This document shows positions 1 through 13,715 of a stretch of 64,000 nucleotides of DNA, piece by piece (positions within the stretch are counted from its first letter, which is position 1; each line of letters begins with the position of its first letter). Under the pieces are notes generated by a model that was given only the letters and a program-made list of their open reading frames with translations, did no database searches and was not told the origin of the DNA. The stretch is from the NCBI GenBank assembly GCA_010015585.1, contig ML975172.1; one strand, given 5' to 3'. The stretch comes from Eremomyces bilateralis CBS 781.70 (taxonomy: Eukaryota). Position numbers and translations under genes: made by a program.

Positions 1-370
1 TTCTCTAGGGAGGCTTCCTCGTCACTGCCATCATTAAGAAGATGATAATCAACTCTCTCGGAGCGAAGACGGCGCTTCCCAAGAGACATGGATAAGTCAT
101 CCATATTAAGAAAGAAGTTGCAACATATTGATATGCTTTGTATCTCTTAGAGCTCAAATCCTCTAGTTGGAGCATGTTGGGTAAACAAAAGTCGCGACTG
201 CTGGGCATTCATTCATTGGCTCGGCTTTTGCCGAATAAGTCTTGGCATTATTTACGAATATTCGCGAATAATACGAATAAAACGTCTCGAAATTTAGTCG
301 AATACGAATAATCGTTCCCAGGGAAAAGTCGAATACGAATAGCCAAAATCCTTATTCGTGTCCAGCCCTA
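1..370 (-). mobile_element. 5' end of a hAT-family DNA transposon (terminus, GAATA subterminal repeats, start of putative transposase), continuing out of the window
   Basis: Minus-strand terminus TAGGGCTGGACACGAATA at 370; clustered CGAATA repeats 230-360; minus frame from about 104 reads MDDLSMSLGKRRLRSERVDYHLLNDGSDEE, resembling the RRDYVALTNGLD N-terminus of the hAT remnant at 31.7 kb. Confidence 0.6.
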
Positions 371-919
371 ATGGTCATGAATCCCATGATGTGCTCACTT
401 GAAATAATGAAGTTCGTCGTCCCGCTAGCCGCAGTGGTGCTCCCGGCAATGACGGTGTCACCCTGAATCCCACCAGTGAAGTCGCTCGTCTGCTGCATGC
501 TTTGACTCGGATGACCCAGATGCGAGGCAGGCGAGATGTTTCTTGTAGAGATCTATTTGTACTCAAAGTAGCAACTAAGGAGTGACCGGACGCCCGCGTT
601 ATGGCGCCTTGCCGTTTTATCAGTCCAGTCTTCGGAACTCATCAAAGTTGAGGCTCTGTGGAATATTTTCGGGCCGATACCAGTCGATAGCGCTCTCCAA
701 TCGAGTTTAATTATGTGGTCCATGCATGCAGCATGAAGCCGCAGTCCGCACTGCCGCAGCCTGTTGGTCAGCCTGGTCTGGAGACCACTGGGCACTGGCC
801 CCGGCCCGCGTGCTTTGTGGCCGGAGGCCGGGGTTGACTCCGCCGAACATAGCCTCCGATGGAGCGTATATTGGCGTCTTGTCCTCTACCTTCTTTCCAA
901 CCCAGAAATTTACGAAGTT

Positions 920-1200
920 ACAAGCTGTTGAAGGGCAAAGGAGGTGCCCAGACTGTCCTTACCGAACCCTCAACAGATGAGCTATTCTCAACGGTTGGAG
1001 ATTATGGCCCTCAAACGTTATCCGTGAATGTTGATGACATTATCGAGTAAGCGATCTAGCATGTCTCAATATTTCCGCGAACCAGCAAAACCAGCATCGT
1101 TCTCGTCCACGGTTTAACCAGCAATCGCGAATCGACTTGGACCAACAGGACCGCCAAGGCGTTCTGGCCAAAGGATCTACTCGCGAAAGATCTCTACTCG
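920..1200 (+). pseudogene. SesB-like (DUF676-type) alpha/beta hydrolase N-terminal fragment
   Basis: Removing intron 1047-1094 (GTAAGC..CAG) gives YGPQTLSVNVDDIID-IVLVHGLTSNRESTWTNRTAKAFWPKDLLAKDL, the typical VHGL..TW..FWPxDLL start; truncated afterwards. Confidence 0.7.
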
Positions 1201-1453
1201 CGGCTGTAAAGATGCTGGAATCTTACCGGTGGGATAATCGGTTACCAGCTTGTATGTACTACATACCAGAGTAGCCAATGTCGGGGCGATGGAGAGATAA
1301 TACGTAGCGTTGCATGAAGAGTTCAGCCTTCCGGTTAGTGGACCGATTCTCTATTATGCCTTTGCCCCACGTGCTCTTGAATCCCAAAGGTTCTGTTCTC
1401 CGTGTTCTATTCTACGCGTCTTTTGCAGAAGACCACTATGCTACGAGACGAGC

Positions 1454-1843
1454 ATGCGGCTCCTTCATACCAGAAATTTCACATTTGTGGAGCGCACTGA
1501 GGCTAAAATTCCGTAATATGTCATTCTATCTCAACCTGGGAAGCGGAGGAGGTTGCTCACGAAGATGTCAAGGCTGGGGTAGCCATTCAGCGGAAAGGCT
1601 TTGTGAAGTTGAGAGGCGCCTGCGATCAGGCGATAAGAGATGGGTACGACTGGATCTAGATTGATACGTGCTACATCGATAAATCTAGCTCGGCAGAGCT
1701 TCAAGAAGCGATCAATTCCATGTTCACATGGTATCGAGACTCGTATATGCTACGTGTATCTTGTAAATGCATCCATCCGCAGACTCGACATGGAACTATA
1801 ATACCCGCTTGGGCGTATGCTTCGGACAGCGGTTAACGCGAGG
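1454..1843 (+). pseudogene. HET-domain (heterokaryon incompatibility) gene remnant
   Basis: MRLLHTRNF..KIP*YVILS(fs)TWEAEEV...DGYDWI*IDTCYIDKSSSAELQEAINSMFTWYRDS..CYVYL; stops (TGG->TAG) and frameshifts. Confidence 0.85.
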
Positions 1844-2629
1844 AGTCTGTAATCACATTTAGTGCTTCGGTGGTGGCGACGTGGATGGCGTTTTTATATT
1901 CAAGTCAAAATCTGACAGCAATCGTTTGCATGGGCCTGTTGACATGCCTATTGAGATAGTGCCAATCTCTCTCAAATTGGACTGATGGGAAATCCTGGAG
2001 CGAGGAGTTAGAGTACCAATTTTCAGTCGACGTGGAGGGATGGACTTTTCAAGGTTCCTTGAGGATTCGGAAGGGGCAATAATCACTCCGGCTGCCGCAC
2101 TCTCTCTATTGTTATTTCTGTGTACCTATAAGCATTGGTCTTTGGATACCGAACTCATACTTCTCGTCCATATCGAATCCAAGGTTGGAGTTGTTGAGTT
2201 TTTTTCGATGACTCAGGTTCGCAGGGCTGACGACCCCGATACAAGAGAGCATTTGTACCAGAACCTTGCAGACCGTTATCGCCCTCAACATACGACGGAA
2301 AGAGGCGATGGTGTTGAAATTACAGCAAACATTAGGCCAGCGAAACACTGAGGGCATTCGGTGGGCATGAGTTGGGTGGGCATGAGTTTGATGGGTTACG
2401 TGTACTTAATCCGAATTGAGGCAAGGGAATCAGGAGGGGGAAAGCGAGATGAGACCAACTATGCCAATGCGGAATTCTGGACTGGTGCGCCATGTTATGA
2501 AAATATAGAGGATGCTATTGCCAATGACCTGAGCAAGAGTCGGGTCCTAGGGCCCGAGTTTGGCTACTAACTTAGTTAGAAAGGATGTTATTATTGACCT
2601 AGCAATTCATGGGACCATCCGCAGACACA

Positions 2630-4341
2630 CTACGCAGTCCAATCTCTCCACGCCGTCCGCTGTCCTAACATCCCCCTCCGAGTACATTTCCCACTAATCA
2701 AAAATGCCGCCGTATCATGCGGTCCGACCTCGACGCTATAGTCACCGAAATGGCAACCAAGGTCGTTCCCAGTCCACACATCAGTTAGCTTGTAGCTCGC
2801 GTCCTTCTCCAACCTAGGCACCTCGCTCCAGACAGCGGACCGCTTGGCCGCGCTCTCTCCCCAATTCGACATGAGGACCAAAATCCCGTCATTGGACTCT
2901 CCGGACCAATACTCCGCCGGCCACGTCGCATTGAACGTGTGATCCGGGTTCGTCCCCCACTTGTACGGGGTCGCCGGCTTCCCGATGACTGGGTCCTGAT
3001 TGAACGCAAGGAGGTATTTGTTCTTCAAGATCTCGACATTCCCCGAGGAGATCTTCTTGAGGTCGGTGCCGATGAGCAGGGGCGACTTCATCGCGGCCCA
3101 CAGTGCGAAATGCGAGCGCGTCTCCGCGGGCGTGAGGTCGCCATTGCCGACCTCCAACATATCTGCGTCCGAGTGGCCCCAGAAATCGGTGGTGTCGAGG
3201 TTGAAGGAGCAGAGGTTCAGGAGCTCGATAATGCGGCTCCATTTTGCTACAAGCCCAGGCCCTTAGTAAGTATTAGTGTGCCCATTTGTTATGTACAAGC
3301 GGGGAGCCCACACCCAAAGGTGAAGAAGAGAAAACACAAAGGAAGATTGAAGTTGCTTACACGTGATGTCACCAGTGGCTCGCCAACTCATGGAGGTCTC
3401 GTTGCCCCATTTTTGCACGCCCGCTGTTCCCCATTGGCAGAGGCTGTACAGGATGGTGCGGTCGGTGGCTTCGAGGGCATCGCGCATGCGACGGTAACGT
3501 TCGGCAGATTTGGATTTGCTCCAATCATAGCCAGCAGGGCATTCGTTTTGGAGGGTTGGACCTGTGATTGGATTTAGGGGCCGTGACAACGAAGATGGTA
3601 GCCCAACTGGAGGGTACAGTATGGGAACACACGAAAAAGAAACGGGTACTTACAGGTACCATTCGGGTATGGCCCATGTGGGGGAGTGGTTGAATCTGGT
3701 ATGCAAAAGTTGCACTCATCCGCCCAGTCTCCCGGCACGTTACAGTTGTCATACTTCAAGTCTGGATCCCGGTTAACTTCGAAAATCAATTGCACGAGAC
3801 GTTGGGTCTGACTCACAATCAATTTCCCACTCTGCGAATGTATCGGCGTCGACTTTTTCGTAATTCAGGCTCGCTGGGTAGCCTGCACATGTATGGGTAC
3901 CAGCACTACTGTAGATACCAATCTTCAGACCCATGTCATGAATCTTTTTGGCAGTCCCAGCAATGCCCTCTGGGAAGCGTTCCGGGTCAGGGATCATTCG
4001 ATCGGTATTGTTGTCACGGTGGGACTTGATGGACCAACAATCGTCAATATTGACATAATTGTAACCAGCCTCCTAAGGGATTATTAGCCACTGTCTCCGA
4101 AATAGGGTGTATTTATAGCATAAATACGAGGCTGCATAAGGATGTGGGGCGAAGATACCTTCAAACCCAGGTTGACGAGCTGTTCTGCTGCGTCCAGGAA
4201 CTTCTTCTCGTTGATGTCGCAGAAGAAAGCATTCCATGAATTCCAACCAAGAGCTGGCAGACGTCCAGTCTCACCATCTTTGGCTACGAGTCCGGTTGCT
4301 GCTGGAAATGTGCTGAGCAGAGGCACTATTAGGGGCCACAT
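2630..4341 (-). CDS. Secreted alpha-galactosidase, GH27 (multi-exon)
   Basis: Signal peptide; [52 protein letters not shown] motifs across exons. Confidence 0.93.
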
Positions 4342-7027
4342 TTAGCGTTGAAACTCTCGAACGTCTCGATTTGCTAGTATCCTCGAATACGGGCCGAGTG
4401 ATGCAGAGTTGAAGCACTAAAATTTGGGGGCCGAGAAGTATCCAAATGAAAGCCAAGCGAGAATCGGAATCAGGCAACTCGACGTATTTAAAGAAAATGG
4501 GGGCATCCCTCCAGCCAGCATGTGGTAATTCCAAATGGACCATCGTCAACCGAATAGCGGATGGTGACCGAAACAGTGAAGCAAACGAATCTGCTGACCA
4601 TGATCGGGCATTGGCGGACCTACGAAATTAACCAATGAAGGTCACTTACTTTGGTCTAAACCATCTTGTCCGGCCAAGCTCCTAGCCAAGTGTGGTCCGT
4701 CATCGGTTGGTTCCGCTGTGCATATACCGCTGGTGACAAGAAGGAAGGTGATTACCGCGCGAGCTGCCAGTGCGGTGAAGTTTGTTTGTTTTTGAGCCAT
4801 GTGAGCCATACTGCAACCCCCTTCCGGACTTGCCAGGTTCTTAATGCAGATGAATAAGAGTGATATTTGACAATGCTTGGATGCCGAGCACGTTCTGCCC
4901 CGAACGACAATCGGAATGCAGTATAGAGGGTACTAACTTGGTGTACTTATTTGTACCTAGTGAGATCAGGATATTTCAAGGAATACGGATACCTGCATCT
5001 GATGTCGTATGAGTCGATGTTTCCGTCCGAAGCCTCAAAGGTAGTCGTACTTGCAAGATTAACTTGAATAGGTAGACAGCACCGACTACCAACTTATAAT
5101 AAATCCGAAGACGGGTGACAATCTTAATGCGAACAGAGGATAAATCCGAGTTAAAATGGAGATTTCAAGCTTCCGTTCTGGCAAACCAGAGAGTAAGTCA
5201 ACTAGCTCCGATCCAATGAAACAATGCAGCCACATCGGCACGATCACAGCATGAGAAATGCACAGCCAAGGATTGATCGGACTAAATGCTACACAATGAG
5301 AGCTGCGTAGAAGAATAGCGCAAGATGAAAGACCACGGGATTACCCAAACGGATGGCCGAGAGGGAAGGTGAAGAGGTAGCGTTAGGATTGGGACTTGGT
5401 ATGTCTGACCCGACAGCGAACTAAGTAATAAAGAAAAAAGATGGCCGAAAGATCAACTGCCAGATGACTAGGTCGATAATGACTGATTTACCGTGACATG
5501 CAACGGACTCTTGAACTGGGGAGTAAAGTTGGAATGGTGAAGTGGTTCAAATAGAGTGTTGCGGGAGGCTGGGGAAGTATTGTCAATTTGTCGTGTGTGA
5601 AGAATGCGGGGAGATGTTTTGGCTCTGCCCCACAGTCTTGGCACTGGATACACTGGCGCACCGTTAGATAAATCCAGCCACCATCACGATCCTTGTTCTG
5701 GAGTTAAATGTCGGACATCACGCGGTTGTAAAAGGAAGTTGGATCGTTGATCATTCGCCAGCCGGGTGGTTATGGTTGTTGTAGGACCGATTTTGGTTGG
5801 AAGTGGTGTTTCTCTCGCATCTTTAGTAGATATCGAGTCGCAGTTACAACTTTTCGCACTTTCTCACATGGCTGTAGAAGAAACTTCCTCGTGCTTGGGC
5901 AGGCCAAACAATAGAAACCTCCGTGGATAGTCTCAGTTGAAGGCAAGAAGCCTGCTGGGCCCTCGAAAGTTGTGCCACAACTGAGAAACAACCACTGGAA
6001 TGGATACAGTATCCGAGATCAACAGCCGCGTTGCCAATCCGTGGATAAAAGCGCCGTTCGTGTTCTACGACGTTCAGATGGCCCTGATCATCGCATTCGC
6101 ATCGTCTCATGCAGATGTCGTAATACCAGTTAGTCGCCACCACAATAGCACAAACATTTGCTAGCTCGACTGTATCGTACACACAATTTTGGGATTAAAT
6201 GTCGCTGGCAACCATCCAATAGGATAGAATTTTGACTTTTTGAGGACTCAGTCCTAACAGGCCACGGCGCCGCGGGCGTTTGATCCACACGCCCTCATCG
6301 TGCGACACGAGCGACGCAGATCCGTTCGAGAACTAGCTGCTAGATGCGCCCGGAGCAGATAGCTCGTGATGCCGAACGAGGACAGTGGGACATCTTCTAA
6401 CGTCTAAAGAATATCATCATCAGACCGGACCGCGGGACTGTGGCCAAACTGGAGTCTGCGCAAAGCAAACGGGTTGGATATGGGCACCTTCGGATGTCTT
6501 CCAGCGGAGAGAATAGGGTAGATACTGCTCTGATGGATGTTTAAATAGGTGATGACTCATAAGAAAATAACATGGACAAGTAGGTAGAGTAATGAAAAGA
6601 ATTTTCAGTCGTATAGCTCGTTTGACACCAGAGCAAATGACCGGATTCAAACGACACGTCGGAGATAATTGATATTGATTGTCTTTCCCGGGGGTTTCTG
6701 CACACCGAATTCTGGTAGATACACATAGACATACCTTAGCTGTGCACCAAGAAAAGGCCAATGAACATTCCCAAACTCTGCAACGGAGGTTTCCAGATGG
6801 GCAACGATACTGAGAAAGATCAGTAAGGGTTGGACCCTGAATCGGATAGAACTCCTGAAAAGGATTAGCGTTTCCGGAATCCATAACTCCGAATCGTCCC
6901 ATTGGATGGACTCCGCGGGTTCCTGGACCAAACCAGAGAAAATTTAAGAGCAGTCCCTTGTCCTCCAACATCGAAATGTTGCGAACTGAACCGACATCGA
7001 AAACCAACATCGTCGTCTGCTGCCACC

Positions 7028-7966
7028 ATGACGGGACAAAATTACTACGGCTCTTCCGCGCCGCCCGCCCCCAAACACCCATATTACCCTCCCGACATCA
7101 CCCTCAGGGGTTATATCCCGAACAGCTATGATGTCCCGACCCTGCTCCAACTGTTCTCACTAGCATGCGGGAGCGTGTTGTTGACCGCCATTGTGCTTGC
7201 GAAATGCAGCATTAAGTCTCTGCGAACGGGACAGTTGGCGGCGATAATGTGGTTCACGCTATGTACGTTTGAAAAGGCGAGGGGAAGATCTAGGAGTGGG
7301 AGCGGAAACTGACGGAATTATAGGCGGGTGTATACATCTATTCTTCGAGGGATATTTCGCGTATAACTTCAGGCGCATGCCCGCGATGATGGACCTTTTT
7401 GGACAATTGTGGAAGGAGTACGCACAGTCAGACTCCCGGTACTTGACGTCGGATCCGTTCGTGCTGTGCATGGAGAGCATCACTGCTGTATGTCGCTCCG
7501 AATCCCCCTAACATCCGCACCGGCTTTCTGTATCGGATGCTGACTTCCTGCTCTCTAGGCCTTCTGGGGTCCCCTCTCATTTCTTCTCACCTACTACATC
7601 GCGACCGATCACCCCCTGCGACATCCCTTCCAAATTATCGTTTCCCTCGGCCAACTATACGGGGATGTGCTGTACTACAGCACCTCCATGTTCGACCATT
7701 ACATGAAGGGCCTGATGTACTCCCGTCCGGAGCCGTATTACTTTTACGGATATTACGTCATGATGAATGCCCCGTGGATCGTGATTCCTCTTTGTACGTT
7801 CGACACCAACATGTGAGACATGCAACAATGCTGACCGGTTCTAGACCTCATCTACCAAAGCATGGGTGTATCTTATAAGGCGTTCGGGGCGCTGAAGAAC
7901 ACCGAGACCGTGACGATCAAGATCCAGGCGAATAGGAAGGCCGTCGAGTCGAAGAAGGAGCTTTAG
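7028..7966 (+). CDS. Emopamil-binding protein family (sterol delta8-delta7 isomerase-like), 4 exons
   Basis: HPYYP, IHLFFEGYF, GQLWKEYAQSDSRYLTSDPFVLCMESITA, QIIVSLGQLYGDVLYY motifs; introns near 7262, 7487, 7793. Confidence 0.9.
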
Positions 7967-9342
7967 TCACAACGGCACAGTTATACCAACTTTCAGGCCA
8001 TATTTGAAACGCACCTTGTAACATAATTATTTGAGTGAGACTGACCAACCAGCGTCGAGTACACTGTATACCTATCTAATGCCAAATGATTCCATACCAT
8101 CCGCTGCTCCAGCCTTGCATAACTTTTGCGCAGCATGCTTCAAGCCCTCTCACTGCCCAACTTGGCTTATTGTCCCTTCTAATCAGCACTACTATGGTAG
8201 GAAGTCAGGCCACCCGCAGCAAGGCATCCATCACGCACACACCGGCCGTAGTGGTCGTCTGTGGTCCCCTTTGCTGCTCGCACGGCCAGTTCTGTTTTCG
8301 AATCCCTAATCTTCCCCGGATTCTTGAGGGAAGTCCGCTAGCAGGGGTTTGGTCAGGATTCCGGGGATCTCCCCGGACAAATCCCCACGGCTTCCCGGAT
8401 GTCATCGGGATTCGAATATTCGATCATATTCTCAAGACTCAATCATATGGGAATTCCTGTTGGGTATCGGTAGATAAACACGTCCCCTTTGCTGCTTGGA
8501 CTTTGGAGTGCCTTAGACGCGTCAGAAAATGCTACGAACGAGTATTTCTAAAGCGCTTAAGGGACCAAATTTCGGCGTCCTACAGCCTATCGTTTAAGCA
8601 CCTCCTTGGCCGGATTTATGCCCCGGAATTAGGGCCCTGAACTACCCATGAGCTGGGCCTAGTATTATTGCATATTTCCAGGACATTTTCCTCTTATCTT
8701 TCGTACTTAAGGTAAGCCATTGGAACCCCTTAAACAGGCAGTTCGATACCCTAAACAGTAAACACAGATGGTAAGGTGCCTAAAAGTTGCAACACTGCAC
8801 GTCATGTGTTTGGGGAGCAGGGAGGACGTTGATTTGGCGATACACACTCCTCATCGCCAACCTTCTCTGTGGAGCTGCTCCACTCCGCGCAGTACGAACT
8901 AATAAGTAATAATGCATCATAGTTCCACGGGAGTGTTTATTCCGATACCATCAGAGGTACCGCTCATCGGCTCGAAAGAGATACCAAGGCTGACAAATAG
9001 TCCCCTGAAATAGTGCTTACGTGCGAGCTCGTATCTGGGGGGCCGAAAAATCAGCATGGATCTTACGATACGCGACCTGTGAACGGATTCGCCGTTCGCT
9101 TCTGGAATTCTGGTGACGTATATAAACCCCAGCGGAGGACTCCGTGATTATTTATTATTATTTGATCTATTTAACGCCTGGTTCGGTCCCTATTACGTGA
9201 TTATTAAATGAGGGTAGTCAGCAGCATATTTCGTCAGCATATTATCGAACCTAAAGCGTGGAGAGACCCAAACCGTGTAATTCTATCATCCGTCCATTAT
9301 TCAAACATCCACTCAAGAATCTCACCGAACGATCACGACAAA

Positions 9343-10170
9343 ATGGATCTCGCACAAATGAAAAAGATATTCAACATGATGGCGGAGGATTATGAAGAAC
9401 AATCCATGTCCACAACCCGCAATATCTTCAAGAAATCCATCCAATACCTCCCACCCATTACCTCCTCTAGCGTCATCCACGACAATGCCTGCGGTCCCGG
9501 AATCGTGGCGGAGGAAGTCATGCGCGAATTCCTGGCTGCCCATCCAGGGGAATCACCGCCAATCATCCACGCCACGGACTTCAGCGACCGCATGGTGGAA
9601 ATGACCGCGAAGAAGGCGCAAGACAACGGGTGGACAAACATCAAGGCCGCCGAGATGGATGCGCAGAACCTTGAGGGACTGGAGGACAACCTCTTAACGC
9701 ACTCCATCACGAACTTCCTCATCCCCGCGCTGCCGAATCAGATCAAGGGATTGAAGGAGATCCATCGTACACTCAAGCCAGGAGGAACGGCGTACGTGAA
9801 CTTCTGGACGTCGACGCAGATGATCTTCACGGTGTCGAGGACCATTCAGCGGGCGATCCGGCCAGACTTGCCGTTATGGCAGGAGGGGATCAACCCGTGG
9901 TTGGAGAAGGGCAAAATGGTGGAGGCGTTGAAGGAGGCGGGGTTTACGGGGGAAATAAAAGAGTACTTCGTCGAGACCGACTGCCCGACGAATGATTTGG
10001 AGGAGCTGGTGGACATGTTTAAGTGGAAGTTCTTTGAGGCGATGAAGGTCGGGTGGACGGAGGAGGATAGGAAACGGTGGGAGCCGGAATCGAGGACGGC
10101 GTTGGCCGAGATGTTGAGGACGCAGGGGAAAGGGCCCTTCAACGCTTGGGTAACAGTCGCGACGAAGTGA
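9343..10170 (+). CDS. Class I SAM-dependent methyltransferase
   Basis: IHDNACGPG motif I, ATDFSDRMV, MDAQNL, EIHRTLKPGG; start at the internal ATG preferred. Confidence 0.88.
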   Translation: MDLAQMKKIFNMMAEDYEEQSMSTTRNIFKKSIQYLPPITSSSVIHDNACGPGIVAEEVMREFLAAHPGESPPIIHATDFSDRMVEMTAKKAQDNGWTNIKAAEMDAQNLEGLEDNLLTHSITNFLIPALPNQIKGLKEIHRTLKPGGTAYVNFWTSTQMIFTVSRTIQRAIRPDLPLWQEGINPWLEKGKMVEALKEAGFTGEIKEYFVETDCPTNDLEELVDMFKWKFFEAMKVGWTEEDRKRWEPESRTALAEMLRTQGKGPFNAWVTVATK

Positions 10171-10309
10171 GCCTGGGAATAGGATTTGGTTGTGAGCCTC
10201 TGTGGCACGGCTAGATGCGAGTGCTGACTGAAGAGGTTTGAAATTCGTTGTTACAATTACCATTCGTATACCTCATCCGCGGAACGGCTCCGTAGTCCGA
10301 TTTCAACTC

Positions 10310-12721
10310 TTCATTCGTGCTGATGCTTGGTGGTCAATCCTCAGTCCGGGATCCCCAACCGCTCTCTTTCGGTCCCAGTGTCAACTCCAGCACATTCCTC
10401 CCATGAAGAATGAGTGGCCAATCCAGTTCTTCGTATACGGACACCCTTCAGAGTCGCTTTCTGGATGTAGATATTCTTGTAAGTCGGGTCGAAGTTGATG
10501 TTCCTGACCGCCGATACATTTCTCGTAATCGGATTCGTAATCGCAACTTCTCGAAAGAACGGAGGAATGATTAGATAGACATCTTGTCCTGCGTTGGGAA
10601 ATAGTCCGATCATTGTTAGGACCACAAAACTGCCGATGGCGGTTGTGGACCCTCCCCATGGAAGTTCACTAGGCTCCAGAGAAAAGGCACGAGGGATGTA
10701 GTGGTGTGCCCGCTTCGATGAAAGGGCTGGACGCCCTGCATAATGGTACTGGAAGACTGAGAGAAACGACGCTGCGCTGTCCATAGTCATGAGTTTGGAG
10801 TCATGAGCGTAGCCGAGGCGACGGACGAATTGCTTGGGACCACCTAGCAAGGCGATGAGAGCCGCTTGGTCATGAGGAACGTAGCTGGTCGCTGATAACC
10901 ACCTCTTGTCCTGATGGTGACGGCGTTGGCGAAAACCTTACAATGAATATTTCCAGAGACGGTCAGGATCCGTATAGCACCAGGTCCCATTGCGGTATCT
11001 GGGCTGGAAGAACCCCAGAAACCCAGTAGTAGACAGGTGGGTGGTCGACGTCTGGTTAGGTTCGAACAAGTTTATCCAGTACGTGCTCCTTTGGAGATAC
11101 CGCTCGTAGTCTTCAAGGTGCCCCCTTTCTCTCGCAAACTGTGCGATAATGAAGTCCCTGTAGCTATATGCGAGTGTTTTGGATATGCCTCGCGAGGAAC
11201 CAAGCAATATATTGTGTTCGGAATCCTCAGCAGGTATGTAGCCGAGCCTTTTCCGGTTGCCGAGTCCACCTCTTCCCCGACAACCCCGGTGGATTCATTC
11301 TTTCTCAGCATCTTTGACAATCGCAGCGTATCCAGTCTTGAAGTCAATCCCGTTGCGAGGTTCCTTTAGGAAGCCGTCAACTAAAACAATGTCGGCACCA
11401 TATCCGCTGTGCGTGCAGCCCAAAGAAAGACTCATATGACAATCAGGCAGCCAGCCTTCTTCGCTGTACATATCTAGCACGCTCTGGATAATTCCAGCTG
11501 TTTCCTCGGGATCGAGAATCGTCAACAGAGAAAGATGAGTCGAATAGGAAACCGATAAGCAGAATGAATCGAAATAAGGTTTGGGATCCGGACTGGCTAC
11601 CGCTAAGGTCGTAACTTCGCTGTACTTCTGCGGGTTCACAAAGGCACTGTAGATTCCAAGCCAGAAAATCCTTAGTAACGATCCATCGACTCCCTTGTCG
11701 TCTACATAGATCGTATCCAGCTTCATCGTCCAAGTATCCATCGCAGCACCGTGCGCAACATCAAAGTTGAATTCTGGAATCTCCGTCTCGGCATCCTCGC
11801 ATGCTTTCGCTTGGCTGAGGAAGCTTAATCCCATTCTCACTGAGATCGGCTCATGCCTTGGACTCTCAAAATGTACCCAACCACCACCGGGGGGAGCCGC
11901 GCCATTTGAGTCTTGAAGTATGGTCAGATTACGGGCCCTGGGAGTAGTGACTGAGCCGAAATAAGTTCCAAAACCTCGGATCCGGACTAGATCAGGGGGG
12001 CGGAAGTCTGCACAGAAATAGACGGTATATTTGCGAGCTCCGAGACGGGATATGAACTCTCCTAGGCCAGTTAACCGTGGTAAATTTTGGTTTGATACCG
12101 ATATCATGGAATTGCCTTGACAGGAACCAGATAGGTCGCTCAAATCCAGCTGGATCACCAGATGATTGGGTCCGCCATGATCAGATACTGTAGGGAACAT
12201 GAAACAGAAGAGAGCCGCATGTGCAGTAGCCGTCATATCGACGCGAATCCCGGATGCAAGGGTCACGGAAAAATATCCAGGAATAGCTTGGATTGTGTCT
12301 GGATAGTAATTCACACGGCGATGATGCTTCGAAAAATCGCATTTCTCGATATCGCCGGCTATACATCCATCGAAAGGAAAGAGAGGAAAGTTCGCCATGG
12401 ACATCGGAGGTCCGACACCCGCACCATGGAATGCCGAGAAACCGGTGATGCAGTTATCGTTTGCTCCGTCCATGTCAGCCACAGCCTTAACCATTCCGAA
12501 TGGCAGAGTCGCGCCAGCGAAGACATTTCCTATAGCAGTTGAGCTAAGAAAGAAATATAACCGAATTTTCCCGTACCTTGTTCCAGGCTCACAGCCAGCG
12601 GCTCAAGATAAACGAGGCCGTCGGTTGCAAAAGTAGGTGGACCGACAACTGCAATAATAACCAATCCAGCCAGAACGAAAGAGGCGAAAATCGGAATATT
12701 ATAAGCAAGCTCTCTGCTCAT
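10310..12721 (-). pseudogene. GH92 alpha-1,2-mannosidase, degenerate/pseudogene
   Basis: GNVFAGATLPFGMVKAVAD, GWLPDCHMSLSLG, GRGGL, YVPHD, YHYAGRP motifs; in-frame TGA at about 11295, frameshifts near 10440 and 10395; conserved GNDDSG replaced by WGGSTT. Confidence 0.8.
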
Positions 12722-13715
12722 TTTGCTAGCATAATTAGAAGCAGAGATTTAGGGATGGAATGAAAGACTTTGACTACAGATCTTTGATCCGCACGCATTG
12801 GTGTACAAGCGGAAACCGCGTCCTGGATTCCCAACCCATACTATATGGTGACATCTCTGGACGGAACGACATAACATGAACTGGAAAGCGAAGAACCGAA
12901 AGACGAATACTTGGAGCATGAAATTGGAGATAATTTTAAGTTCAAAAGGCAGTATATTTCATCTTCTGTCCAAAAAGTCCAGCCCCGGGTCGACATATTA
13001 AGCAAAGATTAAAAGTTCAGTCGCACAGATCGACATGGTGTGGGCAGAGGGGATTGCCTTGCTTCTTGCCAACCGATATTAGTCTGGGACTGCGCATCCA
13101 ATAAAGCAAATCTGAATAGCTCAACGGTCCAGATGAATGAATTTGACATTCTTGCGCTGCGCTGCTATCAATGCATATGGATAGTTATGGATATCGCGAT
13201 TAGGGAGTGCTACGATGAAATGTCCGTCCGAAGATGTGGCGCGATCATGAGGCGGTTAAATTTTCTAGCCATAATTTCAGCAAATATCGCATATTACCAG
13301 GTTTTGAAAACCAATGGTATCAGCATTCCAATCCAAATGCGAGATGTAGAGATCGAGGAACTGGATTGGAATCCCGAAAGTCAATATCTGGATGTGGTCA
13401 CGTGATATAGTTGGCCTGAGGTCAAATCACAGCACTGCGCTGCAAATCAGGCATCCAGCAACCTCACATAGATCCCAGCCCAGCACGACAACATCCACGC
13501 ACTGACTATCTGATGTCTTACAGTATCCATGAACCATTCATACTGCTTCACTTTTATCCTTCCATCATTGCTGCCAGAGACTTCGAAATATACTGGCCCA
13601 TGACTCCAGCCACAGAGGTGTTCACTGAGAAACCACACCATTTTGCGCTTCTTTCATCCTCCCTCCTCTCTCACGCAGCGGGGGTGTTGGTCATTCCGCA
13701 AACACCCTCCGCACA

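Noticed and set aside
5400..6950. Several 60-220 aa ORFs
   Set aside because: No recognisable motifs or consistent exon structure
8086..8640. 184-aa ORF / possible protease-like fragment on the minus strand
   Set aside because: Motif resemblance too weak to support
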